Shown: in pieces, positions 14,100 through 27,570 of the stretch
Position numbering within the stretch: position 1 is the stretch's first letter
Layout: each line of letters opens with the position of its first letter
NCBI RefSeq assembly: GCF_009914755.1
Contig: NC_060930.1
Direction: 5' to 3' (one strand)
Length of the DNA stretch: 64,000 nucleotides
Source: the human T2T-CHM13v2.0 reference genome, Homo sapiens
Made by a program: the position numbers and the translations under genes
The notes under the pieces: model-generated
The model's input: only the letters and a program-made list of their open reading frames with translations
Database searches by the model: none
Told to the model about the DNA's origin: nothing

Positions 14100-16320
14100 A
14101 AGTTCAAATGGAAGTTCCTGACATCTTCTGAACCTCATAACAAAATTGAAAAGACATGTGGGATGGAACAGAGGAAACAGTGATTGTCATCACATTCTTT
14201 TTTTGCCTACTCATTTGACCTGTGCAAAAATTGTAGGATTAATAACAACTTATTCCAGAAGTCTAATTAGCTGGTGGCTTGAGTTACAGTTGCTGTCTCA
14301 GATGTCATGCCTTTGCTAGCACAAATAGACAAATCATTTGACAATTCTCATGCAGCTATAGATCTGACAAACATTATTATTATTTTCCCTAATTCAATAG
14401 TCAGAGAATACCAGATCCAGTGGCATTACCTGAAAGGTTCAGCAATGCACATTTTGCCTCAGTGCTACATCGGCTCTATGGCTCTTTGTTATAATGGTCC
14501 ACAGGAACCAAGAACGTTACATTATTCCACAAGATATAATACTATATAATAACTTAAATGAAATCATATTGCTAAGATCTGGTGGAGAGTTTAACTTGGG
14601 AGGATTTCTCTATGGCTTGTAAGATACGTGCATCCAGGGTGTAGGTAAAAACAAACAAAAACTGCTCTATGAGAATTCAAGGGAATGCCACTTCAGGACA
14701 GTTTCTGCATGTAGAGTTATTTAGAACATATTGGAATATCACCTCCAAAGTGAAACATAAGTCACTGCATCTTATGCTTTTTGACCTAAAAAAAGAGGCA
14801 CGCTGTTTAATGAATATTCTTCTTTTCTGTTTGGGAGGTAATATATGTCACTTTCCAGAGTGTATTTGTACTTCTCTGATCCACTTTTTAAATCTGTAAG
14901 ATCACTAGCTTTGGGTGTGCTCCAAGCAAGAAAATGTTATGCAGGTTGCAGTACACTGAGTCTGCCCTTATGACTCAGTAAAGTCAATGTTGCTCAATAT
15001 GTCTGAGAGAGTTTGATGCACTGTATGGATCCAATAGCAGTCATAATAGAATAATCACAGCAGAGGTTCTAGAGCTTTAAAACAAAGCCATGGCTTTTTC
15101 AGAAAATATTCTCTTGATTTGCTACTAGATCTTGGTATAGCATGCGTGGCAGTGAAAAAAAAATGGCAAGTGATCTTTGACTTGAGTTTTCCATCACGCA
15201 GGAAACGTTATCCAATATGTCATCAATAATTTGAGATTCCTGAAAGTATTCTGTTGTAAAATGGAAGTGGCATAAACATTATCAGGCTTGGAGAAGTCTT
15301 AGGGTCACAAATAAGTGCATGAACTGGTGGTTAATGCTTCTAGTGCACCTAATCCTGACACATTACCAACTCTCCTTGACCCATACTTACTGACTAATGG
15401 GAAGTTCTCTAAGATCACTTGACTAAGAAAAAAAAATTTGGTTTCCATTTATAGGGGACTTTGTAGATATCCTGGCACCACACAGAAATGAACTGCTACA
15501 GATTTACAGACGCATTAAAATGTGGCTCTGAAGGTTGTTCTACCCATCTAATGGGTAGAATATTGAGTTGATACATCTGAGTGTCCTCTTTGCCTTCACA
15601 AAGAAATAACTAGAGGTAAGGATGCACATTAATTCATGGGTAATGACTAATTGTTTTCCTGAATGGTCAGGGACTTGAAACGAAAAATAATGGAGGATGA
15701 CCAATGAAGAAATTAGACAAAGAAGACAGCGATAAACCTCTTCTGAATGGGTCAAGAGGGTGTTTGTGGATGCTCATCAAAAGAATCCCTCTGCTGAGAA
15801 TGTTCTCAATAATCAGGGAGCAAAGGCAACCTATGCTATGTGTGTCTTTCAGCAGTTCTGCCCAGCCGCCCCAGTACTTGTTCATTTGGATCATGATGGT
15901 AGCTGTGTAGGACATTATGCATGAGCTCAACCACTTGTACTTCCTCTTCATGTATTTGAGTAAACAGTTTTTTAAAAATCCAGTTTTGGCTGAAGTGATC
16001 TAATAAATCATGAATAACAGGGTTGCTGCTACATAACAGGGATAGTAATGAGTGCTACTAGAACACAGGGAATCTTGTCAGGGGGCTTTTAGTATTCTTA
16101 TGTCCACTTGTAACAGTTGAAGTTTAAGTAACCTCAAATAGACAATACTACTAAGATCATGTACTCTTCAGGAATGAAGGTTTGTGTTAGTTTGTTAGGG
16201 TAAGAACCTTAACTGAATGATAGCAAAGGGTTATGGAATTGGAAATAGGTGAACAAAGTTATAAGTACCAACTATGTCAGGATCAGTGGCAGAAGTGAGG
16301 ATTTAGTAGTCAGGCATGTC
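14100..16320 (+). mobile_element. Degraded ERVL-class internal (pol) remnant
   Basis: ORF 14307..14549 LLAQID...HAAIDLTN...ILPQCYIGSMALCYN resembles ERVL RT LLEQIN...YAAIDLANAFF...VLPQGYINSPALCHN; boundaries approximate. Confidence 0.7.
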
Positions 16321-16359
16321 TTCCTTGCTCAGTTACATGTAAAATTATTTCTTTTAGAA

Positions 16360-16910
16360 ACATGTTGTGTGCCTTGTCAGATTTTATCATCTTCACTTCT
16401 CTGATAGACTCTCAGTTGGCAGCCCCACATCAGCCCTCTTATCCTTTGTTGCTGTGGCCAACAAATTTTCAAATTCCTACAGTCTCTGGCTCCTTCTGCC
16501 ACCTTCAGAAGTGTATTTAACACTACAGCACTCTTTAGGAAGTGGGATCTAACTTTATGAGAGGTGAGCAAAGGAAAGGGACTGGATGTTGTGAACTGTA
16601 AGTATGGGAAGGTTAGTTTCTTACGGTGAAAACTTTAACCAATAGGACACAGTTGACAGGAGCAATCCAGGCAAATAAATAGCAGGCCTCAGAAGAAAAT
16701 CTCTATGGCTTCTATGAAACATGCATCCAAAAAGCATGTGGGGTGGTAAATCTCTATGAGAATTTAAGGTCATATCACCATTGTTTCCTTTCTGCACTAA
16801 TAGGATGTTCAGTGTTCTGACATTTTTGTATAGCCTGTCTGGAGTCATCCTGCATGATTGAGTATAAACACCTGTGTCTTTTCTTGACCTACTGAGAAGC
16901 AGTGGCCAGC
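16360..16910. mobile_element. Probable old ERVL-class LTR adjoining the pol remnant
   Basis: Position 3' of the internal remnant and LTR-like composition; family not resolved. Confidence 0.35.
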
Positions 16911-16930
16911 ATGTTAAACTATCTCCTGTA

Positions 16931-17048
16931 CAGTTATCTCCGGTATCACCAAGGGATTGGTTCCAGGACCCCCCAAGGATACCAAAATCCATGGATGCTC
17001 AAGTCTTTCAGTCAGCCTTTGAGGACCCATGAATATGAGGGGCCAACT
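16931..17048 (+). mobile_element. MER2/MER8-type TcMar-Tigger MITE fragment
   Basis: TA|CAGTTATCTCCGGTATC...GGATTGGTTCCAGGACCCCC...ATACCAAAATCCATGGATGCTCAAGTC. Confidence 0.8.
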
Positions 17049-19176
17049 TCTTCTCCTTTTTCCCCCCTCACTCTTGGTGCCCAGAGATTGAATTTCCCAA
17101 GTAAAGTACTATTGAATGAAATACCATTTCCTTTGAGCAAATGCCTGCCCATGTCTTTCTGTCTGAATAGGAGACAGGGAATGGCATATTAGGGAAAAGA
17201 ACTGAAAAATGCATGCTCTCTGATTCCCCAAGATTTTGGTTTAACACAATTAATACTTATCATCTTACATACTTTTATGATCATTCACACTTGTTTTCAT
17301 CATTTTTTTCTTTGAGAGAGAAACATCAACTCTAACATGAAAATGTGTCACAGATTAAGAGTTAGAATCCTTTCAAAAGCAGAGTGTCTGTTGGCCTTGA
17401 GCTGGGCAGAAGTTGAGAAGGAAGCACCCCCATCTCATACTGTAGAAGGAGACTGTGGCAGGCAGTGATGGTCATGGTCACAGAGGCTTGTGTGTATTCC
17501 AGGGGGAGTCAGGAGGCCTTTATGCCACTGATATCACGCATTTGCTATCTTGGTGCATATTTCATAGATTTCATACGTGTTCTGCTTTATATCTTTCAAC
17601 TCTAAGTAAACAGTCCTCTAGAGTGGTTGGCTATGCCAAGACAGTGAATGTAGGAAGAGAAGTCTAAGAAGGCTTGCAGGGAACTTCTCTGGTGTACCTG
17701 AAATGACACTGCATTAATTACCACCTCCTCTCTTTACACTCAGGGGAACTGAGGAGCTGTCCTGAATACTCCAGAGGCAGGAACTTGGAAGTTCAAGGCA
17801 GAGGGAATTCAAGAAGGGAGTGGTGGTGCTCAGTGGCATCAGATAGTATTACACAACTACATCTATGTAAACACTTATTAGGAAGTTGATGAAGCTATCA
17901 GCATGACTGGAGACAGATTGGGTGCCCTGGGGCTCCTAAATTATAACAAATTATGTCAAAGAAAGAGATTCATTTGACCCAAATCATCAGGTGCCCTGAG
18001 GTAAGAGTTCAGAATTTTTATCCCAGCAGTCTGTATATGGTTTATGTTGCATTCTAGGTTAACCTCAAAAAGATAAGCCAAAAAACTGCAGGAAAAAGCA
18101 ATGAGATGTCCCAAACATCACATTTGTATGTTTGACCCAGGCTCACATTAGAATAAATCATGTACAATTGGATTGAGGGCTCGCTTATAACAAGCACTTC
18201 CCTAAGGCCTCATGTATTCTTTATTAATGAGGAACATCACTTTGTAAAATTGAGATTGGCATTACCCCTTTCAGACCCAAAGTTGCTTAATGTTTATATA
18301 CTAGAGGGAAGTCCACATTTTCAGGATTTTCTTTCCAGATTAAAGACCTATAGGTGAGAAAAACAGCGATAATCAAGAGTAAGTGACTAGACAATTATTT
18401 TTTTAAGGGAAAGTCTAAATGCAGAAATCTTAGCATTCAAACTATTTTAGTTAAGTTTAGTATCAACTACCTGACAGTGAATGGAAAGTGGAGATTTCAA
18501 AGTATTCCTGCTCACCTTCAGAATTTAGTATGCTTTAATATTAAAAATTAGCAATTTTAACACACACTTTTTACTTGGCTGAGTTGAATCTTCCCAAGTT
18601 CATCTACAGGTTCCTTCCACAGAGAGACAAATTCCCACAACAAGTGCAGGTGAAAGCAATGACCAATATAAAAAAGAGCTCTGTTATAAACATTTATTGG
18701 CACTCACATGTTATAATTGGTGAATAGCTTTCCAGACAAAGCCTCCACAGCCTATTTAATCCATTTGGTAGCTCCTCTGAGAGACCTGGTCTGGAGATCA
18801 CTTGAACCTTAAGCCCCTGAGCTTCTCAGAGATCACTTAGAACCTGTGGGCTCTGTGTTCTCCTAAGGGCCCGGCAGCAGAGCTGGGGGAGCTGGTAGTG
18901 GGAGAAGGTGAAGAGAACAGACTTACTTCTGGCAGTAGGAGAGGGGCGATGGAGAGATGAGCACCAGTTGCTTCATGGAGCAGGTCATCCAGGCAGAGGA
19001 CTGCCTTAAATCTTCAGTTCTGAGCTTACTGCTGGTAAATACCGAATAAAACGGATGCTTGATTTGCTCAAAAATAGAAAGGGTGAATAGGTGGCTAGCT
19101 ATTCTAGAGTAAGGAAATGAAGCTGGGTGGTTTTTATCTTTCTCAAATTTTTTCTTTTTTTTGGGGGGGGTTGATC

Positions 19177-19443
19177 TTTTATTTATTTATTTATTATAAT
19201 TATACTTTAAGTTTTAGGGTACATGTGCACAATGTGCAGGTTAGTTACATATGTATACATGTGCCATGCTGGTGCGCTGCACCCACTAACTCATCATCTA
19301 GCATTAGGTATATCTCCCAATGCTATCCCTCCCCCCTCCCCCCATCCCACAACAGTCCCCAGAGTGTGATGTTCCCCTTCCTGTGTCCATGTGTTCTCAT
19401 TGTTCAATTCCCACCTATGAGTGAGAATATGCAGTGTTTGGTT
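19177..19443 (-). mobile_element. Young L1PA (L1PA2/3-like) 3' end fragment
   Basis: CACCCACTAACTCATCATCTAGCATTAGG (GAG, not the L1HS-Ta ACA diagnostic); very close to consensus. Confidence 0.9.
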
Positions 19444-19919
19444 ACCTATCTGTCATAGACATTTTTGTTAGACTATCCACTATTGTGCTGGAAAAGAAAA
19501 AGGAGTTTTGTGGTATGCAAATTTGGGATATATTAAATATTAAATAAATAGATGAGGATGGATGTTATCAAGTGATCACATTTTCTCCCAACACATAGTT
19601 CTCACTTTCGTTCATACCTCAAGCTCCTCAAAATTTTAACTTCTTGCTTTTGTTCTTATTTGTAAAGAAGTATCTCTTTTTTTGGATTAACTTGTTATCT
19701 GTAGAAAAGGACATAGACATTGGGGATTTGATGCTTCTCTTCACTAAAGAAAGAATATTATATACTTTTATAGAGCTTAAATAGAGAAAATATTATATAC
19801 ATATAGTAAGTACCAAAAGAAATGTAAACTTTCTTCATTTACTCTTCAAAGTGTACTCATATGAGGAACCTGTAAATAATAAGAGAACATGCAAGGCACA
19901 TACAGGGCTTAGAAAAAAC

Positions 19920-19966
19920 TTGTTGTTGTTGTTGTTGTTGTTGTTGTTATTGTTGTTGTTGTTGTT
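19920..19966. repeat. (TTG)n microsatellite
   Basis: About 15 units with one interruption. Confidence 0.97.
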
Positions 19967-20523
19967 GGAAAACCCACATCAGGTTAATCCCAACCAACAC
20001 CTGAACCTGCTCAGCACATGACCACAGAACTCAGCATCTCCAACTCTGTATCCTGGTGCCCCTGATGCACATAGCATCCCTTTCTCATTGCCCACACACA
20101 TTTTAACCTCTCAAAGCCTCTTAATTAGAAAACATTTTCCATTCTATTCTAGAAAGGTAATCTCTACTTGAGAAAATGTTATACCCAGACAAGAAATATT
20201 TCTTCTTTCCTTTTATTGATCTGATAAGTCCTCCCGAGGTAAGGCTGAAAAATCAGAGCTGCCTATCAAAAAGACACTTCTGTCAAATTAAGCAATTTAA
20301 CATTTTGGAGTGTGACATGAAATTCCTATTTTTAATAGCATTGTCACAAAGTTGCATCACCAACTACAGACATGTATATGGTTCAGTAGTGAGTCACCAG
20401 TTACCACTGGTTAGAGATCTTTCCTGAGGGATTAGAGCTAGTAAGAAGGGACTAACAGATTCCTGTGGGTATTTAAAAAACACACACGCACACACACATA
20501 CATATATATATAATATATATATA

Positions 20524-22025
<1,502 letters not shown>

Positions 22026-22699
22026 ACTGTGGCTTTGATGGAATGTTCTTATGGTGTGATGGAGTTTATACAGAACTGAAGTGTGGCTTTCTTGAAGACC
22101 TGTGTCTCTGTTGATGCTTTGCTATCTTAGCTTTGCTAGAATCTCTTGGGACTATCAATTGATGTCCTTTTTGCCAACGGTCTATGTCAAGCAGTGTCTT
22201 ATAGTTCTCAGGAGGTTTGGTAACCTATGAAAGCATTTCTATGAGGACATGTCCTTGGAATCACAATTAGACTTTCATCCACTTTAATCTATTTCCTCAT
22301 TGACTTATTAATATAAAATAACTTTCAAATTCAATATTATAGAATGTATCATCTTTTTATTCTTCTGTTATATTATCACAACCATTAAATTTATATTAAA
22401 TGTATATTATTTCAAGTGTTATAAATAATTCATAACAGTTAAAAAAGCCATTAATTGATATTCGTTTCACAGTGCCCCAGATTTCAAATGGCTTTGCTAT
22501 TGTTAAGACACACTTAAAGGATCACCTTTATATCAATTATTATGGAAATTAACTGGAATATAATTTATATCATCTGAACCTTGACAAAAACGTGGTAGCT
22601 AAAATTAACCTCTACCTGGCTCCATAGGTCCTAGAAAAGTTCATTTCATAACAAGAAAAGGAAAGTGAGAGGCAAGTATAGACAGATAAATAAATGTCT

Positions 22700-23300
22700 A
22701 GCACATGAAGCTTCCTAGTTCCTTCACTGCTTCATCATCTGTGACCTCTCACCCACTCATCTTTGCTACCAATCCCACTGTCACATTCAAGACATTGCTG
22801 CCACCTTCATAACCACTAATTCAGCCTTCTGAATAAAACCTCCTTTCCTTTCAGCTTATTTGTGGGACTATACCCACTGAAACTTTTCTCCAACTTCATC
22901 AGGACCTTCAGGCAATTGATTCTTCCTTCAAGTTTGTCTTACTGCATTTATCTTCCACTCTTATCCAACCTAGATTCCATTGTCCAGAATTTCAACAGCC
23001 CTCTTACCAGTAATCTAAGGTCAAGTGCCTCTCTTTCTGTCACCTTGTCTGCTAAAAACAAAATCTTGTATGAAACCAATTCTCTGCTTCCTCTGTGCCT
23101 AGAGAAAAATCACTAAATAGTTCAGATTGGATCCTGTATTCATTCATGATCAAGGTTGGAGTGGGGTGCTTATCATCTACTTCTGATTTCCATGAAGAAA
23201 GCTATTTCCCTTAACATTCATTACTTATGCTGCCCTCCCTAAGGCAAGAGGATTTACTTCTTTGATTAGAAAGTTTAAAGAGAGAATCTGAGTATGCCTC
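22700..23300 (+). mobile_element. L2 fragment
   Basis: Pyrimidine-rich L2-like sequence (CCAACCTAGATTCCATTGTCCAG...). Confidence 0.5.
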
Positions 23301-25673
23301 CTGGCTCAGTCTTTCCCTCTCTCCTTTCTTGTTGTGATGTGTCCACCTGCAGAGAACACACTTTGTGCTCAGCTCCTCCACACTGCCAAAATTTCAGTGG
23401 ATGCCTTGACATAAGTAGAGAGATGGGGAACATTTCAGAGCAGAGACTATAATCATGGCCTGAAGGTGCCAGTCCCCTGGATATTATTGAGAAAGGACTT
23501 TTAAGATTGTAATAGCAAGAATCTATACCAAAAGCAGTTGGAGAAACACCTGTACTCTTTTTTACTGATTGTCCTTTCAAGTCTCCCAACATTGCATATT
23601 GTCTGCATCCCAAATCTAGACCACAATCCCATCAAGAGAGGAAAAGATATATGTATATAAAAATTCTTCACATAAAGATTCTTAAGCTACTAGGAATCAC
23701 TGAGACTTCTCAAGAAGATCTTGAAGATGAGGAAAATTAAGTTTCAAAAGTGATTCAGTGACACTTGTAGAACACAATGCACAGAAGCAGCAGAAATGGT
23801 TACACTTTATTTAACTAGTTGTTTGGCATTTTATTGTTTAAAAATACACTTATGCATATCATCTCCTTCAAGTCTTGCAATGCCCTGTGATGAAGAATGG
23901 ATTACTGCCAGAATTATCAATGATGAAACTGAGGCTCAGCAGTTGTTACTTGCTCAGGGGAACCCAACTAAAAATTGAATTATACTTCAGATCAATGAGT
24001 TATGCCATTTACTTTATTCCTCCAAATCCCATCCTTCTTCCCAAGCCTAAGATGTGCTACTGAACCTGAAGAATAAACAATAGTTATGTAGGACCTGAGT
24101 AGTATAATAAGATTAAAATATTTTGAGAACTAATATAAAGAAGAATGAGGAAAAAATCAATACCAAATTTGATACTTTGGCCTTTTAAAGGATCCTTGAG
24201 GAGTGACTATGTTTGGCTTAAAGGAAGAACTGTCTTTTAAATGAGAGATTTTAAAACATATTAACATATTTAAGCAGATTCAGAAAATTCTTGCACGAAA
24301 TAAAAACACCCCTCCTTCAGCCATCCTGCACAGTTATTATTATGAATAATTTATATTTTTCTAGGGGATTTTGCTATTTATTGCTCTTAATTATGTGCTT
24401 TTCAAGTGCCACTATAGACTCCCTGGGGAAACCCTTGAGAGAAGTAAGTTGTTATGCTAGGAAGCATCAGCCTGATGGCTCGCTGGTACTAAAGTCTGTG
24501 GTCTGCGGGTGACAGCAATTACCCTTCATTAGCTTAGCAGAGCCAATGGAGGAAAGTTCTTCTTAATGGGCACTTGAAATGGGTGTTAACTTTGTCTTTT
24601 CAAAAGAAAAACTTCTTTGGGGGAGGATGTACAAAGGGAAAATGGAATGCTGAAAAGAAGGGAGGGAGACTCTTTGCTGTTTTTATTCTTTGTATTAAAT
24701 CAAATAATATCTTATTAAATAGCCTTAGAACAATATGAGCGCTGACAAGAGAAATAGATAGAAGATTCTGAAATCTGGATTCTGTTTCAAGGGTGCTATT
24801 AATTTACTAGGATTTTTGTGCCCTGGATTCTTCATTTGCAAAATGGTGTGGGAGGTGGCAATGAGGAGAAATTGGACCAAATTTAGGAAGTCTTAGTTCA
24901 ATACCAAGGATCTGGGTCTGAACAAAAGACACTCTAACTACAGGAAAAGAAAATGCCTTAAAACAATTTACTCAGGCACACTGGTTAAATTCACAATCTC
25001 TGTAGTTGCCCTTTTAGCACCCAGGGAGAAGTGGAGAAGACCTGAAGATTTTTAGGAACATGGGAACCAAATGATGATGGACAGCTTAGCTCCGCAGTGT
25101 GATGATGAGTGGAGTGGCTCTGAGATTCAAAGAAGGCACCAGTCTGGGTCATGAATGATACACAGCTAGCACTCATTGTTACCAGCCATCTGTAGATTCC
25201 AGAGGCTTTGTCATTCGCTAGTGTCCTGTCTGTTGTTAAATATTTTTAATATTTAGTCTAGCCTGGGGTGATTTTAGAGACCCAGATATCTACTAGCCAG
25301 CTGTGTGAACTTAACTCTCTCCTCAGAACCTGAGATTTTTATGAGGAGGTTGTACTACAGGATCTATACATTTTTTTTACTAATGCTCACATTATCTGGT
25401 ATTCTGAACTACTCTGCTTCAGACTTTCATCACAGAGTCAAAAGCTAGCTCCCAAAACATAATGAACTTTTTTTTACTATACTGAATACCCCTAAATCAC
25501 TGTTCTAATGAACCTGAAGAGTTAAACTGATGATTTTTAAGAGAGTAGGGAATTTAGATACAAAGTCAGCTACATGATTCTCTGCACAAATCCAGGATAA
25601 GAATACATATAAGGTCAACCAGGTACTCCTAGCCCTTGAAATCAACAGATAAGATTATGCTAATATCATCATT

Positions 25674-25840
25674 ATGTTGTTTTGTAAGGAAGACAACATG
25701 ACAATATAGTCATGAAAGGAATAGGAAGTTGGCAGCAATAAAGCTCTAAAAATAACTTGAATCTTAAAGGAAGTAAGGGCAAAATGGGCACTGTTGCATT
25801 CACCAAACCAAGCTCTACCCAGGAGATTTGGGAAGGACTG
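25674..25840. repeat. Unannotated 167-bp dispersed repeat, copy 1
   Basis: Aligns ungapped to 27259-27425 at 134/167 identity. Confidence 0.95.
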
Positions 25841-27149
25841 AAGAATCAGCAAGTGCATATTTAGATAATTATTTTAGTAGCAGACTAGCATGTGTGTATT
25901 ATTCTAGTAGCAAAGTAGTGTGTAGTAGTGGCACCAAAACATGGTGCATGTGTATGTATGGGGTTGAGGGGTGTATTTAGAACAAGTAGAAGATCTTGGC
26001 CTGGAAGATCCAGGTCACTGGCCTACACCAGCTACATAACTCATGCAAGCACATTGCCTGCCCTCCCTACAGGTTCTACTTGTTCAGCATGGACACTGAT
26101 GTTTGCACTTCAGTTAATTCTCTCCACTAAGCGAGTGCTGCATCCCTCTCACATTCATGGTGGTGCTTCCAACTTCAGGTAGTACAAACTGAATTGCTGT
26201 TTATCACCCCTGCTGATACCCATGTAACACTTGGGTTTAAACCATGATAATACTGGCATTCTTAAGACTCTAGAGGTATGTCCTAGGGTTTTAGCCCTAA
26301 AGTGAATACAAAATAAGCAAGGCCAAGCTTATTTCAGGACCCTTGGGCACAGATGAACTCTTTGATAACATGGAGCCTTCTCTCCACAGAGATACTTCGG
26401 GTACACTCTGCTCTGCCTATTATGACTACATTTTCCCAGTCACCAGCTGGGTGGGACAGGAGCCATGGTGCCAGTAGGAAGCAGTGTCAAATTATGTCCA
26501 GGCTTGCCAATTAGCATGGACCCAAATGCCATGAGTCCACTTCTCTGCTTCTAGCATTTGGTGATTGGCACACTTCCAGATTGAGTATTCCTAACCAGGA
26601 GGTAGCCAAACTTCCTTAGTTTTTGGCATTTGAAGTTATAGGGAGGACTGATTTATAATATTACATATAATTTTTAGAAGATCCTGACATATTCTAATTT
26701 GTATATTTTAGGGCCATAAACATTATTTAATCCAGAAATATCAAGGAAAAATTTGGATAAATATTATGATAATAATAGCCTGGTGAACCTAGGGAGGGTT
26801 CTGATGTTAGAAGCCAGAGTGTCTATAATCTTGAGTTGGAGTAGTTCCAAGTCTGTTTCTTAGGTAAGGCGGTGAAAAATATGTCTTCAGCAAAGACAGC
26901 AAAAGCTGAGAGAAGGTTGTACATTCAGAGTAGGATTGATTAAGCACCTACCAAGCTCTCTACAAAGAACTCAGCTCATGAGGGGGGAATAAAAAACACT
27001 CATTTATTCACCTCATGTTTATTAAGTATCTACAGTGTGCCAGATACTATTCTGGGCATTAATTGTGCCAAAGTAGACTAAAATCTTGCCCTAGTTCATT
27101 TTACATTCCAATGAGACTCAAGCAACATGTAAGGAAAATTATTGAGAGG

Positions 27150-27570
27150 AAATGTAGTGTTAGAATGGGAACCGGCTTTGGAATCAGGCAGGCTTTCTTT
27201 AAATCCTGACTTCATCACTTTCTAGATATCTGACTGGGATAGTTTACAAAACTTTCTCATGTTGTTTTGTAAGAAATGCAACATGATAATGTAGTAATGA
27301 AAGGAATAGGAAGTTGGCAGCAATAAAGCTCTAAAATTAATCTGAATCCTAAATGAGACAAGAGTAAATTAGACTCAACTCTACTCATAAAACTAAGCCC
27401 TACCCAGTTGACTTGGGAAGGACTGCTTTAATTTTCTCATTAGTTAATTTAAAATAAAAAATACTAGTCTTGCACAGTTGTTGTAAGAATTTGCCATAAT
27501 GTGTACAATGTCCTTGCCTAGGTCTAGCACATAGATAAGGCTTCACTCAGGCAATTCTTATTATTGTTAT
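27150..27570 (+). mobile_element. MIR split by the 167-bp repeat copy 2
   Basis: AAATCCTGACTTCATCACTT...AACTTTCTCA | TGCTTTAATTTTCTCAT...GTTGTTGTAAGAATT...CTAGCACATAG rejoins as MIR core. Confidence 0.75.
27259..27425. repeat. Unannotated 167-bp dispersed repeat, copy 2
   Basis: Direct-orientation paralog of 25674-25840; exact 40-bp core ATGAAAGGAATAGGAAGTTGGCAGCAATAAAGCTCTAAAA. Confidence 0.95.

Noticed and set aside
24365-24443. Possible 79-nt exon (TTTTCTAG ... GAA|GTAAGT)
   Set aside because: Splice-like motifs alone are frequent by chance; no other support
25674-27425. 167-bp pair as a DGR template/variable repeat or as duplicated coding exons
   Set aside because: Mismatches are not adenine-specific and no intact RT is nearby; mismatches fall 12/12/9 across codon positions
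25674-27425. 167-bp pair as a canonical Helitron, TIR MITE or snoRNA
   Set aside because: No TC...CTRR ends, no terminal inverted repeats between the two ends, no convincing C/D or H/ACA layout, no compensatory changes found by eye
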